IMG/VR virus record: IMGVR_UViG_3300049215_000771
Span: 248,001-312,000 of that record
Length of the DNA stretch: 64,000 bases
Reading direction: 5' to 3' (one strand)
Shown: positions 42,315 to 53,478 of the stretch, one piece after another
Position numbering within the stretch: the stretch's first letter is position 1
Layout of the letters: each line of letters opens with the position of its first letter
Translations under genes and position numbers: made by a program
Notes under the pieces: model-generated
The model's database searches: none
Seen by the model: the letters and a program-made list of their open reading frames with translations, nothing else
What the model was told of the DNA's origin: nothing

Positions 42315-43367
42315 ATGGCTGTACAAAGGATTTCTTCCCTGGACCTGGGGTACTCGTCAGGTCAATTGTCGCTTTTTCCTTCAGCCTTGGACTCGGCATA
42401 TCAACTGTACAAAGCAGCCAACAACGCCGTAACCAAACTGAAGCAAACGATGACGTACAACGCAAAATACATCGTCGTTGAAGATACAACAGGCTTCCCG
42501 CCGAACGGCCTCATCAGAATCGGCCCACCACCCGGCCAACCGGGAAATTCCGAACTGATCTATTACGATCAGGTCACAACGGGTGTATTCCGTAATCTGA
42601 TCCGTGGTTTCGCCGGCTCCATCCAAGGCCAGTGGACTGTAGGAAGCTACGTCACCAACTCGGTGATGGCAGAACACCACAACTCCGTCAAGGATGCAGT
42701 CCTTCAGATGGAGGCCGATCTCGGTACGGAGGTTGATCCAACAGCCACGAGCCTGAATGGAATCCTGAAGTCGCAAGAAACTCGGTTCTTGTCACCCCAG
42801 GCTATCTTCAGGGCGTGGCCCCAAGCTGGTCCGCCTCCATTGCGTGTTCGTTTCCAAAACTTCAGCACCGGGCCAGTTATTCGATCCCTTTGGGATTTTG
42901 GTGATGGAACAACTTCTGTCGAGAAGTCGCCCATTCATACCTACTTAGCCGATGGTGTGTATACCGTCAGCTTAAACATCATTACTTTGCTTGGAGCGCA
43001 AGGGATCGTAACGAAAACAAACTACATAACCGTAGACCCAGGAGACAGACAACCTTTCTTCTATGTTACGCCTCAAACTGGTCTATCCGCTGCTACTGCG
43101 GCCAAGTTGAACGTACAACCAACAACATTCCAGTTTGTCGATCAAACAGATGGCGACATCTCCCAGCGCTACTGGATTTTCGACGGCAACGGAAAAATCA
43201 ATGGCGTAGAAGTAGCGAACCAAAGCCTCCCTGAAAACGATCCAAACATACACACGGCAACCTACGTTTATGACCTGCCTGGCAGCTACACCCCTTCGTT
43301 GTTGGTTTTGTTTGCCAACCAGGAGCTAAAAAGAGCCTACTTGTCAAGTACAATCACGGTGCAGTAA
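42315..43367 (+). CDS. PKD-domain tail fibre/baseplate protein
   Basis: SLWDFGDG..PIHTY..GVYTVSL PKD; HHN motif shared with the next two genes. Confidence 0.75.
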   Translation: MAVQRISSLDLGYSSGQLSLFPSALDSAYQLYKAANNAVTKLKQTMTYNAKYIVVEDTTGFPPNGLIRIGPPPGQPGNSELIYYDQVTTGVFRNLIRGFAGSIQGQWTVGSYVTNSVMAEHHNSVKDAVLQMEADLGTEVDPTATSLNGILKSQETRFLSPQAIFRAWPQAGPPPLRVRFQNFSTGPVIRSLWDFGDGTTSVEKSPIHTYLADGVYTVSLNIITLLGAQGIVTKTNYITVDPGDRQPFFYVTPQTGLSAATAAKLNVQPTTFQFVDQTDGDISQRYWIFDGNGKINGVEVANQSLPENDPNIHTATYVYDLPGSYTPSLLVLFANQELKRAYLSSTITVQ

Positions 43368-45628
43368 TGACAATCCCAAATGGAAGCAACTATCCAGCGG
43401 CATTGGACACAGACGACAATATGTTCCTTGTCCATGACTCGCTTCGTGTAACCCTTGCGCAAGATTACAACCCTGGCGACACATCCATTACTGTTTCCGG
43501 TGACTTGGAAACTATGTCCAGATTTCCGCCCACCGGCCTCATTACCCTTACCGAACAATGCAGCGACCCCAAACTACGGGCTATTTCTTTCTACTACAAA
43601 GCAACCGACAATCTTTCTACGTTTAGCGGCCTGGAATTGCTGGAAGGTTTCACGGATAATCCAAAACCTGCCCTTATCACAGACGTAACCCAAAACGTCA
43701 TGGATAAACATCACAACAGCATCAAAGATGCTGTAATAGCCATCCAGCAGTTCGCCGGCAAGAAAGGTGAAGTTGGCACTATTCCACTTGAAGGAACAAT
43801 GGAAGCCAGGATCAATTATCTGCGCAACCTCGTGCTGATTCCCAAGGCGTGGATGTCCGCCAACACAACAATCGGGCTGGTTCCATTCACTGTTGAGTTT
43901 ACCGACCAATCTTTCCGACTAGGAACGGATGGAACCTCCCATTCCATCACCCGAACCTGGGACTTCGGTGATAACAACGGACCATCGGAAATTACCATCT
44001 CGCAGACGGCCACTGGCCTCCCCTGCCCGTCACCAGACATTACGCCACCTGAAACGATCTCTCACACCTACACAACGCCCGGAATCTACGATGTGACGCT
44101 GACGATAACCAACGACTTCGGCTCAGATACAGTCGTATTTCCCAGCCTCATTAACGCCCGTGTGCCTGCTCCTGATTTTGCTGTGATAAATTTCACGCCA
44201 AGGTCGGGACAGATTTTCACGCCAGGCAGCCCAATTGGTGGGCCGTATATAACAACGCCAATCATTCGATCCCCTACCAACACCATCATCACACTCGACG
44301 TGCCACAGGGCATCAACGGAAACACAGGCGAGTCTTATGCTGGAGAAACATTGGATGGGGCTGGACATCCTATCGACCCGATTACAGCCTACACCTGGTC
44401 GCTGGCTGATGATTTGCAGCACAACAACTCCATGATGGCTAATGCCTCCTACAGCGTGGGCGGATTGTACGATCTAATCCTGCGTGTAGACACGGAATTC
44501 GGCGCATATCGCATCACAAAGTACCCGGCAGCCCTGGACATCGTTGAACGAGACAACTTATGGTTCTGGAGTTTCAGCAACATTCAGCAAGTGTACAGTT
44601 TTGAGTTTGGATTGTTCTCTGAGACGTTCAAAAACCGCTCTCAGGCAGCCCTGAACGTCAATTATAACGATTCCTTCCTGTCAGGAGCCGTCAACAGTGC
44701 CCAGCAGCTTCGGGAATTCCATCGCAACAATGGCTTCGCTCAACGTGGGTCTATCCAGTCTGGATTGGGCGGAACGGGTCTTTTGTATTGGGCGAGCGGC
44801 AGAAACGCCACAGATAGCCCCGCTTTGGAAACTATTCAGTTCAGCGAGTTCAACGGTTTCGCTGATACCTACACTGCTCGCTCCCCCATCAACCGCCCGT
44901 GGAATTGGGTGTCACTGGTATCGCAAAGCAAGATTTACTTTCTGCTAGGCGGGGTAACAACCCCTTCTTTGCCAAATACCTCGCCGACAAATCAGCGGCA
45001 AGACGCCCTCCTGCTATCGAACCTCAGCGTAGCTTCTGTCTCCTTTGGTAATTCAAACTACAAAAACGGAGCCAACGAGTTGATGCAGAACGAGGTAACT
45101 TACGACATCAGCGGCAATCCACTCCAGGGAAACATGAGCGTGTACAGGTCATGTTGGAAAGATAGCGCCGGCTATTTCCTTCGGAATGAAGGTACTGGTG
45201 CGTTCTTCAGGATGGCCGCTTTCTACAAAACAAACGGGAACACAACCGAGCCGTTCCAGTTTCTCTACAAACTGCCAGATATGGCAGGACCGGCAAAAGT
45301 GGAAGGTCAACTGGTAACACTGAGCCAAGGGGTGTTCTTCTTCAATAACTCCGGGTCGGTGTCGGCATACAACCCTACATCGGCAGTATGGGAAGTCGGT
45401 GGCCCTGGTGCAAACTCGGCGGCGTTTCGCTCCTTCCAGGATACGAATGTGCTTGATTTCGACGATCCAGCGAACACACTGCTGGCAACGTCTGACAACC
45501 AACAAGTAGCATATTTGAGCTACGACTACAGCACCAATGCTTTCATCAAATTCAATGCTGCGGACTTGACATTCAGCAGCGTGGTTGCGAGGCCAAGCGG
45601 GACGCAATGGCAGATGACAATCTTCTGA
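43367..45628 (+). CDS. PKD-domain tail fibre / putative receptor-binding protein
   Basis: HHN anchor, TWDFGD..SHTYTTPGIYDVTL PKD, C-terminal beta-propeller-like region. Confidence 0.75.
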   Translation: MTIPNGSNYPAALDTDDNMFLVHDSLRVTLAQDYNPGDTSITVSGDLETMSRFPPTGLITLTEQCSDPKLRAISFYYKATDNLSTFSGLELLEGFTDNPKPALITDVTQNVMDKHHNSIKDAVIAIQQFAGKKGEVGTIPLEGTMEARINYLRNLVLIPKAWMSANTTIGLVPFTVEFTDQSFRLGTDGTSHSITRTWDFGDNNGPSEITISQTATGLPCPSPDITPPETISHTYTTPGIYDVTLTITNDFGSDTVVFPSLINARVPAPDFAVINFTPRSGQIFTPGSPIGGPYITTPIIRSPTNTIITLDVPQGINGNTGESYAGETLDGAGHPIDPITAYTWSLADDLQHNNSMMANASYSVGGLYDLILRVDTEFGAYRITKYPAALDIVERDNLWFWSFSNIQQVYSFEFGLFSETFKNRSQAALNVNYNDSFLSGAVNSAQQLREFHRNNGFAQRGSIQSGLGGTGLLYWASGRNATDSPALETIQFSEFNGFADTYTARSPINRPWNWVSLVSQSKIYFLLGGVTTPSLPNTSPTNQRQDALLLSNLSVASVSFGNSNYKNGANELMQNEVTYDISGNPLQGNMSVYRSCWKDSAGYFLRNEGTGAFFRMAAFYKTNGNTTEPFQFLYKLPDMAGPAKVEGQLVTLSQGVFFFNNSGSVSAYNPTSAVWEVGGPGANSAAFRSFQDTNVLDFDDPANTLLATSDNQQVAYLSYDYSTNAFIKFNAADLTFSSVVARPSGTQWQMTIF

Positions 45629-45637
45629 GAAATAGGG

Positions 45638-45644
45638 CTAGATA
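45638..45644 (+). promoter_or_regulatory. Putative late-promoter motif CTAGATA
   Basis: 4 nt before ATG 45649. Confidence 0.45.
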
Positions 45645-45648
45645 GGGC

Positions 45649-48600
45649 ATGGCTAATGGCTTTCCTCCAGTTCCGGTTTACCCTGCGGGGTACGATAGTG
45701 ACAAAACTCTGTATTTGGTTTACAACACAGCAGAAACAGTCACCACCCGTGATAATGCGCCCTGGTCTGAATTCATTCACATCAAACCAGTTGATTCCGA
45801 TGCAGATGAAATTTGGGCCAGCAATGGCTTCGCCAATATCGAAGGCGAACTGTTCTACTACGACGCCGTAGGTTACGACGAATTTGGCAAAGTAAACGTC
45901 CTGAAGCGATGCGCCAGGAACCTGGGCGGCTCGCACACTGTATGGAACCCGCAAGGCTCCGACGTTCGTGGTTTCGTCATTGCCGAACACCACAACCAAC
46001 TCGTGGAGGCCATTCTAAACACCCAGGGCTTCATTGGCTACAACTTCACGAATGACTGCTCCACACTTGACTGGAGGATTCGCCATCTCCAGGCTTTGCC
46101 GATCATCGACGATGATTCCAACTGCCCCACAATCGTTCTTGATGTACAAGTCATTAGCCAAGACCCAGCCCAGGGCACCGTCATCCAGTATGCCATTCTC
46201 ATCAATGGCCCATACACTGGATTCCGCCTGGATTTCGGTGACGGAGATTTTACAACCACAGCTACCAACGGATACCACCAATACGCCGCCAATGCGACCA
46301 TCGACCCAATCGTAACCATCGTCAACTCCAACTGCTCGGTAGTAACTTCGCCAATTCAGCGTACTATCGCCACTGAACCTGCGGTCGGGTCTGCTTTGAC
46401 GCCATTTGAAGTTACAATCCCAACGATACCTTCACTACCCCCAATTATTTTCCCGAACGTAATTCCACCATCGAACGCTTTCAACCTGCCGCCAATTGTG
46501 TTCCCGTGCTTGAACATTGGACCTATTGGCCCAATCAACATACCTTCTATCATCACTGTTGAACCACCGATCAACATACCTTCGGAGATTTTCATCACGC
46601 CGGTCACAATCCCGACCGAGATCACGATCACCCCAATCACGATCCCGACCGAGGTTGTCATCACCCCGATCACGATCCCAACACACATAACGATCTCGCC
46701 GGTTACGATCCCGACGCTGATTACTATCACGCCGGTTACGATCAGCCCAATTGACATTCCGACGTTAATCGTCATCACGCCGGTCAGCATCCCGACCGAA
46801 ATCGTCATCACGCCGGTCAGCATCCCGACCGAAATCGTCATCACGCCGGTCAGCATCCCGACATTGATTACGATTACGCCGGTCAACATCCCGAACGTCA
46901 TTACGATCACTCCGATCACAATCCCGAACATCAGGATCACACCGATCTCGATCCCGAACATCACGATCTCGCCGGTCAGCATCCCGACCGTTATCACGAT
47001 CACGCCGGTAACGATCCCGACTCAGATCACGTTCGGGCCAGTGACGATTCCGACTGCGATCACAATTACACCAGTGACGATTCCGACTGCAATCACAATT
47101 ACACCAGTCACAATCCCGACGACAATTACCATCACGCCGGTCAATATCCCGACGAACATTACCATTACGCCGGTCAATATCCCGACACAGATCACGTTCG
47201 GGCCAGTAACGATCCCGACACAGATCACGTTCGGGCCAGTAACGATCCCGACACAGATCACGTTCGGGCCAGTGACGATCCCGACTCAGATCACGATCAC
47301 TCCGATCACGATCCCGAACATCAGGATCACGCCGATCTCGATCCCGAACATCACGATCTCGCCGGTCAGCATCCCGACAACAATCACCATTACGCCGGTC
47401 AACATCCCGACAGTGATAACGATCACGCCGTTCCCGTGCAAAATTCCATCGCAGATCACGATCACTCCGGTCACGATCCCGACGAACATCACTATTACAC
47501 CAATTTCGATACCGAACATCAACATTTCACCGATTTCGATACCGACAAAGATCACAATTACACCAGTCACGATCCCGACGACAATTACCATCACGCCGGT
47601 CAATATCCCGACGAACATCACCATCACGCCGGTTGATATTCCGACGAACATCACCATCACGCCGGTCGCAATCCCGACGAACATCACGATTACGCCGGTC
47701 AACATCCCGACGTTGATTACCATTACGCCGGTCAACATCCCGACAACAATCACCATTACACCAGTGACGATCCCGACTCAGATCACGTTCGGGCCAGTGA
47801 CGATCCCGACTCAGATCACGATCACTCCGATCACGATCCCGAACATCAGGATCACGCCGATCTCGATCCCGAACATCACGATCTCGCCGGTCAGCATCCC
47901 GACAACAATCACCATTACGCCGGTCAACATCCCGACAGTGATAACGATCTCGCCGGTCAACATCCCGACAAACATAACGATCTCGCCGGTTACAATACCG
48001 ACTAACATCACCATTACACCTGTCACGATACCGACGAAGATCACCATTACGCCGGTTGACATCCCGACGAACATCACGATTACGCCGGTCAACATCCCGA
48101 CGTTGATTACCATTACGCCGGTCAACATCCCGACTCAGATCACGTTCGGGCCAGTGACAATCCCGACTCAGATCACGTTCGGACCAGTGACGATCCCGAC
48201 TCAGATCACGATCACTCCGATCACGATCCCGAACATCAGGATCACTCCGATCACGATCCCGAACATCACGATTACGCCGGTCAACATCCCGACGTTGATT
48301 ACCATCACGCCTGCCAACATCCCGACGAACATCACCATCACGCCGGTCAACATCCCGACAAACATCACCATTACGCCGGTTACAATACCGACTAACATCA
48401 CCATTACGCCGGTTACAATACCGACGAAGATCACCATCACTCCGGTCACGATCCCGACAGTGATAACGATCACTCCGGTCACGATCCCGACAGTGATAAC
48501 GATCACTCCGGTCACGATCCCGACAGTGATAACGATCACACCAGTTGACATCCCGACTGCAATCACGATCACTCCGGTTACAATCCCGACGAACATCACC

Positions 48601-51600
48601 ATTACGCCGGTAACGATTCCGACAACGATTACGATTACTCCAGTCACGATTCCGACAAAAATCACCATTACGCCGGTCAACATCCCGACGAACATCACCA
48701 TTACGCCGGTTACAATACCGACGAACATCACTATTACGCCGGTCAACATCCCGACGTTGATTACCATTACGCCGGTCACGATCCCGACGACAATTACCAT
48801 CACGCCGGTCACGATCCCGACAACAATCACCATTACGCCGGTCAACATCCCGACGTTGATTACCATTACGCCGGTCAACATCCCGACGTTGATTACCATT
48901 ACGCCGGTCACGATCCCGACTCAGATCACGTTCGGGCCAGTAACGATCCCGACTCAGATCACGTTCGGGCCAGTGACGATTCCGACTAAGATCACGATTA
49001 CACCGATCACGATTCCGGCAATCAGGATCACGCCGATCTCGATCCCGAATATCACGATTTCACCTGTAAACATCCCGACGACAATTACCATCACGCCGGT
49101 CAACATCCCGACAGCGATCACGATCACGCCAGTTGATATTCCGACAGCGATCACGATCACGCCAGTTGATATTCCGACAGCGATCACGATCACGCCAGTC
49201 AACATCCCAACGAACATCACCATTACGCCGGTCACGATACCGACAGCGATTACCATTACGCCGGTCACGATACCGACAAAGATTACCATTACGCCGGTCA
49301 ACATCCCGACGTTGATTGCGATCACGCCGGTCAACATCCCGACAAACATCACCATCACACCAGTTACGATCCCGACACGAATCACAATCACGCCGGTCAC
49401 GATCCCAACAGCGATCACGATCACGCCGGTCACGATCCCGACGACAATTACCATCACGCCGGTCAACATCCCAACAGCAATCACGATCACGCCGGTCAAC
49501 ATCCCGACTCAGATCACGTTCGGGCCAGTGACGATCCCGACTCAGATCACGTTCGGGCCGGTTACAATTCCGACCAAGATCACGATCACTCCGGTAACGA
49601 TCCCAAACATCAGGATCACACCGATCTCGATCCCGAACATCACGATTACTCCAGTTGATATTCCGACAGCGATCACGATCACGCCGGTCAACATCCCGAC
49701 AGCGATCACCATCACTCCAGTTGATATTCCAACAGCGATCACCATCACGCCGGTCAACATCCCGACAGCGATCACCATCACGCCGGTCAACATCCCGACA
49801 GCGATCACCATCACGCCGGTCACGATCCCGACGTTGATTACCATTACCCCTGTGATAATCCCGACGTTAATTACAATTACGCCGGTCACGATACCGACAA
49901 AAATCACCATCACGCCGGTCGCAATCCCGACGAACATCACCATTACACCGATCACGATCCCGACAGCGATCACTATTACGCCGGTTGATATTCCGACAGC
50001 GATCACTATTACGCCGGTCAACATCCCGACAGCGATCACTATTACGCCGGTCAACATCCCGACAGCGATCACGATCACGCCGGTCACGATCCCAACAGCG
50101 ATCACGATCACGCCGGTCAACATCCCGACAACAATCACCATTACGCCGGTCAACATCCCGACGTTGATTACCATTACACCAATTACAATCCCAACACAAA
50201 TTACGTTCGGACCAGTGACGATCCCGACTCAAATTACGTTCGGGCCAGTGACGATTCCGACTAAGATCACGATCACACCGATCACGATTCCGGCAATCAG
50301 GATCACGCCGATCTCGATCCCAAACATCATGATCTCGCCGATCTCGATACCGACAGTGATTACGATCTCGCCGGTCAATATCCCGACAGCGATCACGATC
50401 ACTCCAGTTGATATTCCGACAGCGATCACGATCACGCCAGTTGATATTCCGACAGCGATCACGATCACGCCGGTCACGATCCCAACAGCGATTACCATTA
50501 CGCCGGTCACGATCCCGACAGCGATTACCATTACGCCGGTCACGATACCGACAGCAATCACCATTACGCCGGTCAACATCCCGACGAGTATCACGATCAC
50601 GCCGATCACGATTCCTGCAATCACGATCACGCCGATCTCAATCCCGAATATCAACATTACGCCGATCTCGATCCCAGCGATCACGATCACACCGATCTCG
50701 ATCCCAGCGATCACGATCACACCGATCTCGATCCCAGCGATCACGATCACACCGATCTCGATTCCGAATGTGAACATCACGCCGATCACGATCCCAAATG
50801 TGAACATCACACCGATCTCGATCCCGGACATTAACATCACGCCGATCACGATCCCAAATGTGAACATCACACCGATCTCGATCCCGGACATTAACATCAC
50901 GCCGATCACGATTCCTGCAATCACGATCACGCCGATCTCGATTCCAGCAATCACGATCACACCGATCTCGATTCCGAATGTGAACATCACGCCGATCTCG
51001 ATACCGGACATCAATATCACGCCGATCACGATTCCTGCAATCACGATCACGCCGATCACGATCCCGGACATCAACATCACGCCGGTCACAATCCCGGACA
51101 TCAACGTGAATTGGGGACCAGCGCCAACAGTTACCTGCACGGTAACGGTGTCGTGTCCTTCTTCGCCGTCAACGACGCCATCTATGGGGTTCCTGGCGGG
51201 TGGGGTAGCTTTGCCGAGCGACTTCCAGGATGGCTTCTCACCGATTGAGGGAACGGTAGAGACAAGTGACATTGGCATTCCAACTGAAATTCAGTTGGTT
51301 GTGCCTGAAATCCCGGACATCCGAGTGATTCACGACATCCCGGCCATGATTGAGGTTGTGGCCCCGAAGATTCCGCCGATTGAGATCACGGGCTGGCAGA
51401 ACATCCCGAAGACCATCGAGGTCATTGCCACGGACATCCCGAAGACCATCGAGGTTGTGGGAGCGCACGCTATTCCGAAGTCGATCTCGATTGAGGGGGC
51501 GTCGAACATCCCAACCGTCATCAGGCTAGAAGTGCCTGTGGACTTCCCGAAGACGATTGTGCTGGACGCCAGCGGCATCCCGGACAAGATTCAAGTTGTC

Positions 51601-51795
51601 GGCATTCCGCCAGTCATTGAATTGATTGGCAACATCCCAACGGAAATCAAACTAACGATGCCTGAGAAACCGGAAGTAGAAATGGTATACAGGGGCGCTC
51701 CTATAGAGATGAAGATCAGCCTGGACACGAGCCGGCTGACAGGCGAGGATCAAAACGCCAACTGTGTAGCGATTGTCCCGTGCAAACCGAGCTAA
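45649..51795 (+). CDS. 2048-aa tail fibre-like protein with Ile/Pro/Thr repeat shaft
   Basis: HHN anchor plus PKD-like LDFGDG, about 1500 aa of 10-11-aa repeats, then a non-repetitive C-domain. Confidence 0.75.
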   Translation: MANGFPPVPVYPAGYDSDKTLYLVYNTAETVTTRDNAPWSEFIHIKPVDSDADEIWASNGFANIEGELFYYDAVGYDEFGKVNVLKRCARNLGGSHTVWNPQGSDVRGFVIAEHHNQLVEAILNTQGFIGYNFTNDCSTLDWRIRHLQALPIIDDDSNCPTIVLDVQVISQDPAQGTVIQYAILINGPYTGFRLDFGDGDFTTTATNGYHQYAANATIDPIVTIVNSNCSVVTSPIQRTIATEPAVGSALTPFEVTIPTIPSLPPIIFPNVIPPSNAFNLPPIVFPCLNIGPIGPINIPSIITVEPPINIPSEIFITPVTIPTEITITPITIPTEVVITPITIPTHITISPVTIPTLITITPVTISPIDIPTLIVITPVSIPTEIVITPVSIPTEIVITPVSIPTLITITPVNIPNVITITPITIPNIRITPISIPNITISPVSIPTVITITPVTIPTQITFGPVTIPTAITITPVTIPTAITITPVTIPTTITITPVNIPTNITITPVNIPTQITFGPVTIPTQITFGPVTIPTQITFGPVTIPTQITITPITIPNIRITPISIPNITISPVSIPTTITITPVNIPTVITITPFPCKIPSQITITPVTIPTNITITPISIPNINISPISIPTKITITPVTIPTTITITPVNIPTNITITPVDIPTNITITPVAIPTNITITPVNIPTLITITPVNIPTTITITPVTIPTQITFGPVTIPTQITITPITIPNIRITPISIPNITISPVSIPTTITITPVNIPTVITISPVNIPTNITISPVTIPTNITITPVTIPTKITITPVDIPTNITITPVNIPTLITITPVNIPTQITFGPVTIPTQITFGPVTIPTQITITPITIPNIRITPITIPNITITPVNIPTLITITPANIPTNITITPVNIPTNITITPVTIPTNITITPVTIPTKITITPVTIPTVITITPVTIPTVITITPVTIPTVITITPVDIPTAITITPVTIPTNITITPVTIPTTITITPVTIPTKITITPVNIPTNITITPVTIPTNITITPVNIPTLITITPVTIPTTITITPVTIPTTITITPVNIPTLITITPVNIPTLITITPVTIPTQITFGPVTIPTQITFGPVTIPTKITITPITIPAIRITPISIPNITISPVNIPTTITITPVNIPTAITITPVDIPTAITITPVDIPTAITITPVNIPTNITITPVTIPTAITITPVTIPTKITITPVNIPTLIAITPVNIPTNITITPVTIPTRITITPVTIPTAITITPVTIPTTITITPVNIPTAITITPVNIPTQITFGPVTIPTQITFGPVTIPTKITITPVTIPNIRITPISIPNITITPVDIPTAITITPVNIPTAITITPVDIPTAITITPVNIPTAITITPVNIPTAITITPVTIPTLITITPVIIPTLITITPVTIPTKITITPVAIPTNITITPITIPTAITITPVDIPTAITITPVNIPTAITITPVNIPTAITITPVTIPTAITITPVNIPTTITITPVNIPTLITITPITIPTQITFGPVTIPTQITFGPVTIPTKITITPITIPAIRITPISIPNIMISPISIPTVITISPVNIPTAITITPVDIPTAITITPVDIPTAITITPVTIPTAITITPVTIPTAITITPVTIPTAITITPVNIPTSITITPITIPAITITPISIPNINITPISIPAITITPISIPAITITPISIPAITITPISIPNVNITPITIPNVNITPISIPDINITPITIPNVNITPISIPDINITPITIPAITITPISIPAITITPISIPNVNITPISIPDINITPITIPAITITPITIPDINITPVTIPDINVNWGPAPTVTCTVTVSCPSSPSTTPSMGFLAGGVALPSDFQDGFSPIEGTVETSDIGIPTEIQLVVPEIPDIRVIHDIPAMIEVVAPKIPPIEITGWQNIPKTIEVIATDIPKTIEVVGAHAIPKSISIEGASNIPTVIRLEVPVDFPKTIVLDASGIPDKIQVVGIPPVIELIGNIPTEIKLTMPEKPEVEMVYRGAPIEMKISLDTSRLTGEDQNANCVAIVPCKPS
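46570..51110 (+). repeat. Tandem 33/30-bp repeat array
   Basis: Units IPTxITITPV(T/N/D), IPTQITFGPVT and IPxIxITPI(S/T); roughly 140 units from span divided by unit length. Confidence 0.95.
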
Positions 51796-51796
51796 G

Positions 51797-52663
51797 ATGA
51801 GAATCAAAAAAACCAAAGACAAAAACGAGTACCTGCTGACCAAGCAGGGTATGTGGGTTCGCAACTTCACCAAGAACCTGGTTCCGTTTGTTGATTTGAA
51901 CGAATCAGTAGACAAGAAAGATCATTTCATGCTACTGAAGAATGAAATAAACAACAATCGAGCCAGGTACACTTGGATTGACTCGGAGAAATTTTATCAC
52001 ACCAAGATGGTAATTGTTTCTGACGGATATGGATTCCAGGAGAAGCACAAACTGCTAGAGGATTTGCCCAAGGACGTGGCAATCATTGCCGTCCACGGGG
52101 CGCTCGCAAAATGGAACATCAACAGAAATCCAACCTACTACGTTGTCAACAACCCATATGAATTGTGCATGATGTACTTGCCACGCCGTCTGAGAAGTTT
52201 GCCAAAATGTATAGCTTCAACCAGAACAAATTACGAGTTCCTTGCTAACTACCGTGGCACCAGGTATCGGTACTTTCCTGTGAGTGGAAAGAATTATGCA
52301 GGGTCAAAAACCAGCGAAGCCCAATGGCAAATTGATGATTATCGCAATCCGATTTGTGCCGCCATAGGGCTTGCCTACCGCTTTGGGGTGGACAGGTTAG
52401 CGCTGCTGTGTTGCGATGATGTATTCAAAGATGAAAGGGTAGGATCGGAACAAATACACAACGGCATGTGGATTTACCCGCCTCAGTTGACGGCCCACGG
52501 GCTAATTGACGGTTGTTTGTACTGGCTAAGAAACACGCCATATCGAGATATGAAAGTTGTAGATCACAGTTCTGGCCCACTTTACGAGAATGCTGTGTAT
52601 ATAGAGAAGGACAATCTAGTGTCTTTCCTACAGGATGGAGTGTCTGATGACAAAAAGGAATGA
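51797..52663 (+). CDS. Maf/DUF115 (MptE-like) fold protein
   Basis: MVIVSDGYG..IIAVHGAL..PTYYVVNNP and NPICAAIGLAYRFGVDRLALLCCD; starts 1 nt after the fibre stop. Confidence 0.55.
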   Translation: MRIKKTKDKNEYLLTKQGMWVRNFTKNLVPFVDLNESVDKKDHFMLLKNEINNNRARYTWIDSEKFYHTKMVIVSDGYGFQEKHKLLEDLPKDVAIIAVHGALAKWNINRNPTYYVVNNPYELCMMYLPRRLRSLPKCIASTRTNYEFLANYRGTRYRYFPVSGKNYAGSKTSEAQWQIDDYRNPICAAIGLAYRFGVDRLALLCCDDVFKDERVGSEQIHNGMWIYPPQLTAHGLIDGCLYWLRNTPYRDMKVVDHSSGPLYENAVYIEKDNLVSFLQDGVSDDKKE

Positions 52664-52967
52664 CCACCAAGGGGATGAAAGGTTAAACCCTGCTTCATTT
52701 TCTTTGAGTGACTTCAAAAAATGGATGGAGAGCCAGCAGAAAGAAGAAGCCCCGAAGCCCAACCTAGTCGGCACCACGGTCGAATCCAGGATCAGCGTGC
52801 GCAAGCTCGTTGACCGGATGGACAGTGACGATGACTTGGAGGAACTAGCTAAAGACTTCAAGAAAAACGGCGGCGTAATCGCCGAAGTAGATGGTCACAG
52901 ATTGATGATCGAAGTGGATTCAGGAACTTTCATTATCCACCGAATGTTCGTCAAGCGTTGTGGCTAA
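52647..52967 (+). CDS. Hypothetical protein
   Basis: GGAG RBS; overlaps the upstream stop. Confidence 0.6.
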   Translation: MTKRNDHQGDERLNPASFSLSDFKKWMESQQKEEAPKPNLVGTTVESRISVRKLVDRMDSDDDLEELAKDFKKNGGVIAEVDGHRLMIEVDSGTFIIHRMFVKRCG

Positions 52968-53353
52968 TCTTTCCGCCTAACCATCGTTTGCACTTTTGGC
53001 AAATTACTTTGGACAGCCCGCTGGGGGTTAGAAAACAACCCGCCAAACAATTCAGGCTGCCCACTCACAGGCAGGCCAGAATACCCTCGCCGCTTCAAGC
53101 TGGTTTTCAAAGCATCATAAGTCGGGGCTGATTCAATCCAAGGTTCCCACATCATCCTGTCATCGGCGATGATTTTTGCAACCTGTGTGTACAAATTAGC
53201 TGGCAACTGAAGCACCTTCAAATCACTCACTCGTACCGGCGCTTGCTGCTGCCCGGTAAAAGTTGAAATCAGTCGCACGCCAGATTTATCTCGGCGGGCC
53301 AGGTAGAGGTACAAAGTCGCAGCCTGTGTTATTTTCTTCTTCATGTTTTTCAT
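52964..53353 (-). CDS. Hypothetical protein
   Basis: 129-aa ORF convergent with the 52647 gene. Confidence 0.55.
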   Translation of the reverse strand: MKNMKKKITQAATLYLYLARRDKSGVRLISTFTGQQQAPVRVSDLKVLQLPANLYTQVAKIIADDRMMWEPWIESAPTYDALKTSLKRRGYSGLPVSGQPELFGGLFSNPQRAVQSNLPKVQTMVRRKD

Positions 53354-53478
53354 CAGAGTTCATGCCATACAACTCTTCCAACAATACTTCCCAAAACACT
53401 CTTGTATAGATGTCATCCAAAGGCCCGAATTGATTGAAAAAATCACCAAGAGCTTCTATTCCTTTTTGAGAGTCTGTC

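Noticed and set aside
46356-51278. Series of minus-strand hydrophobic ORFs (GVIVIAVGM repeats)
   Set aside because: Antisense shadows of the ATC/ACG/CCG codon repeats of the fibre; no RBS, and broken wherever a TTA/TCA falls in frame.
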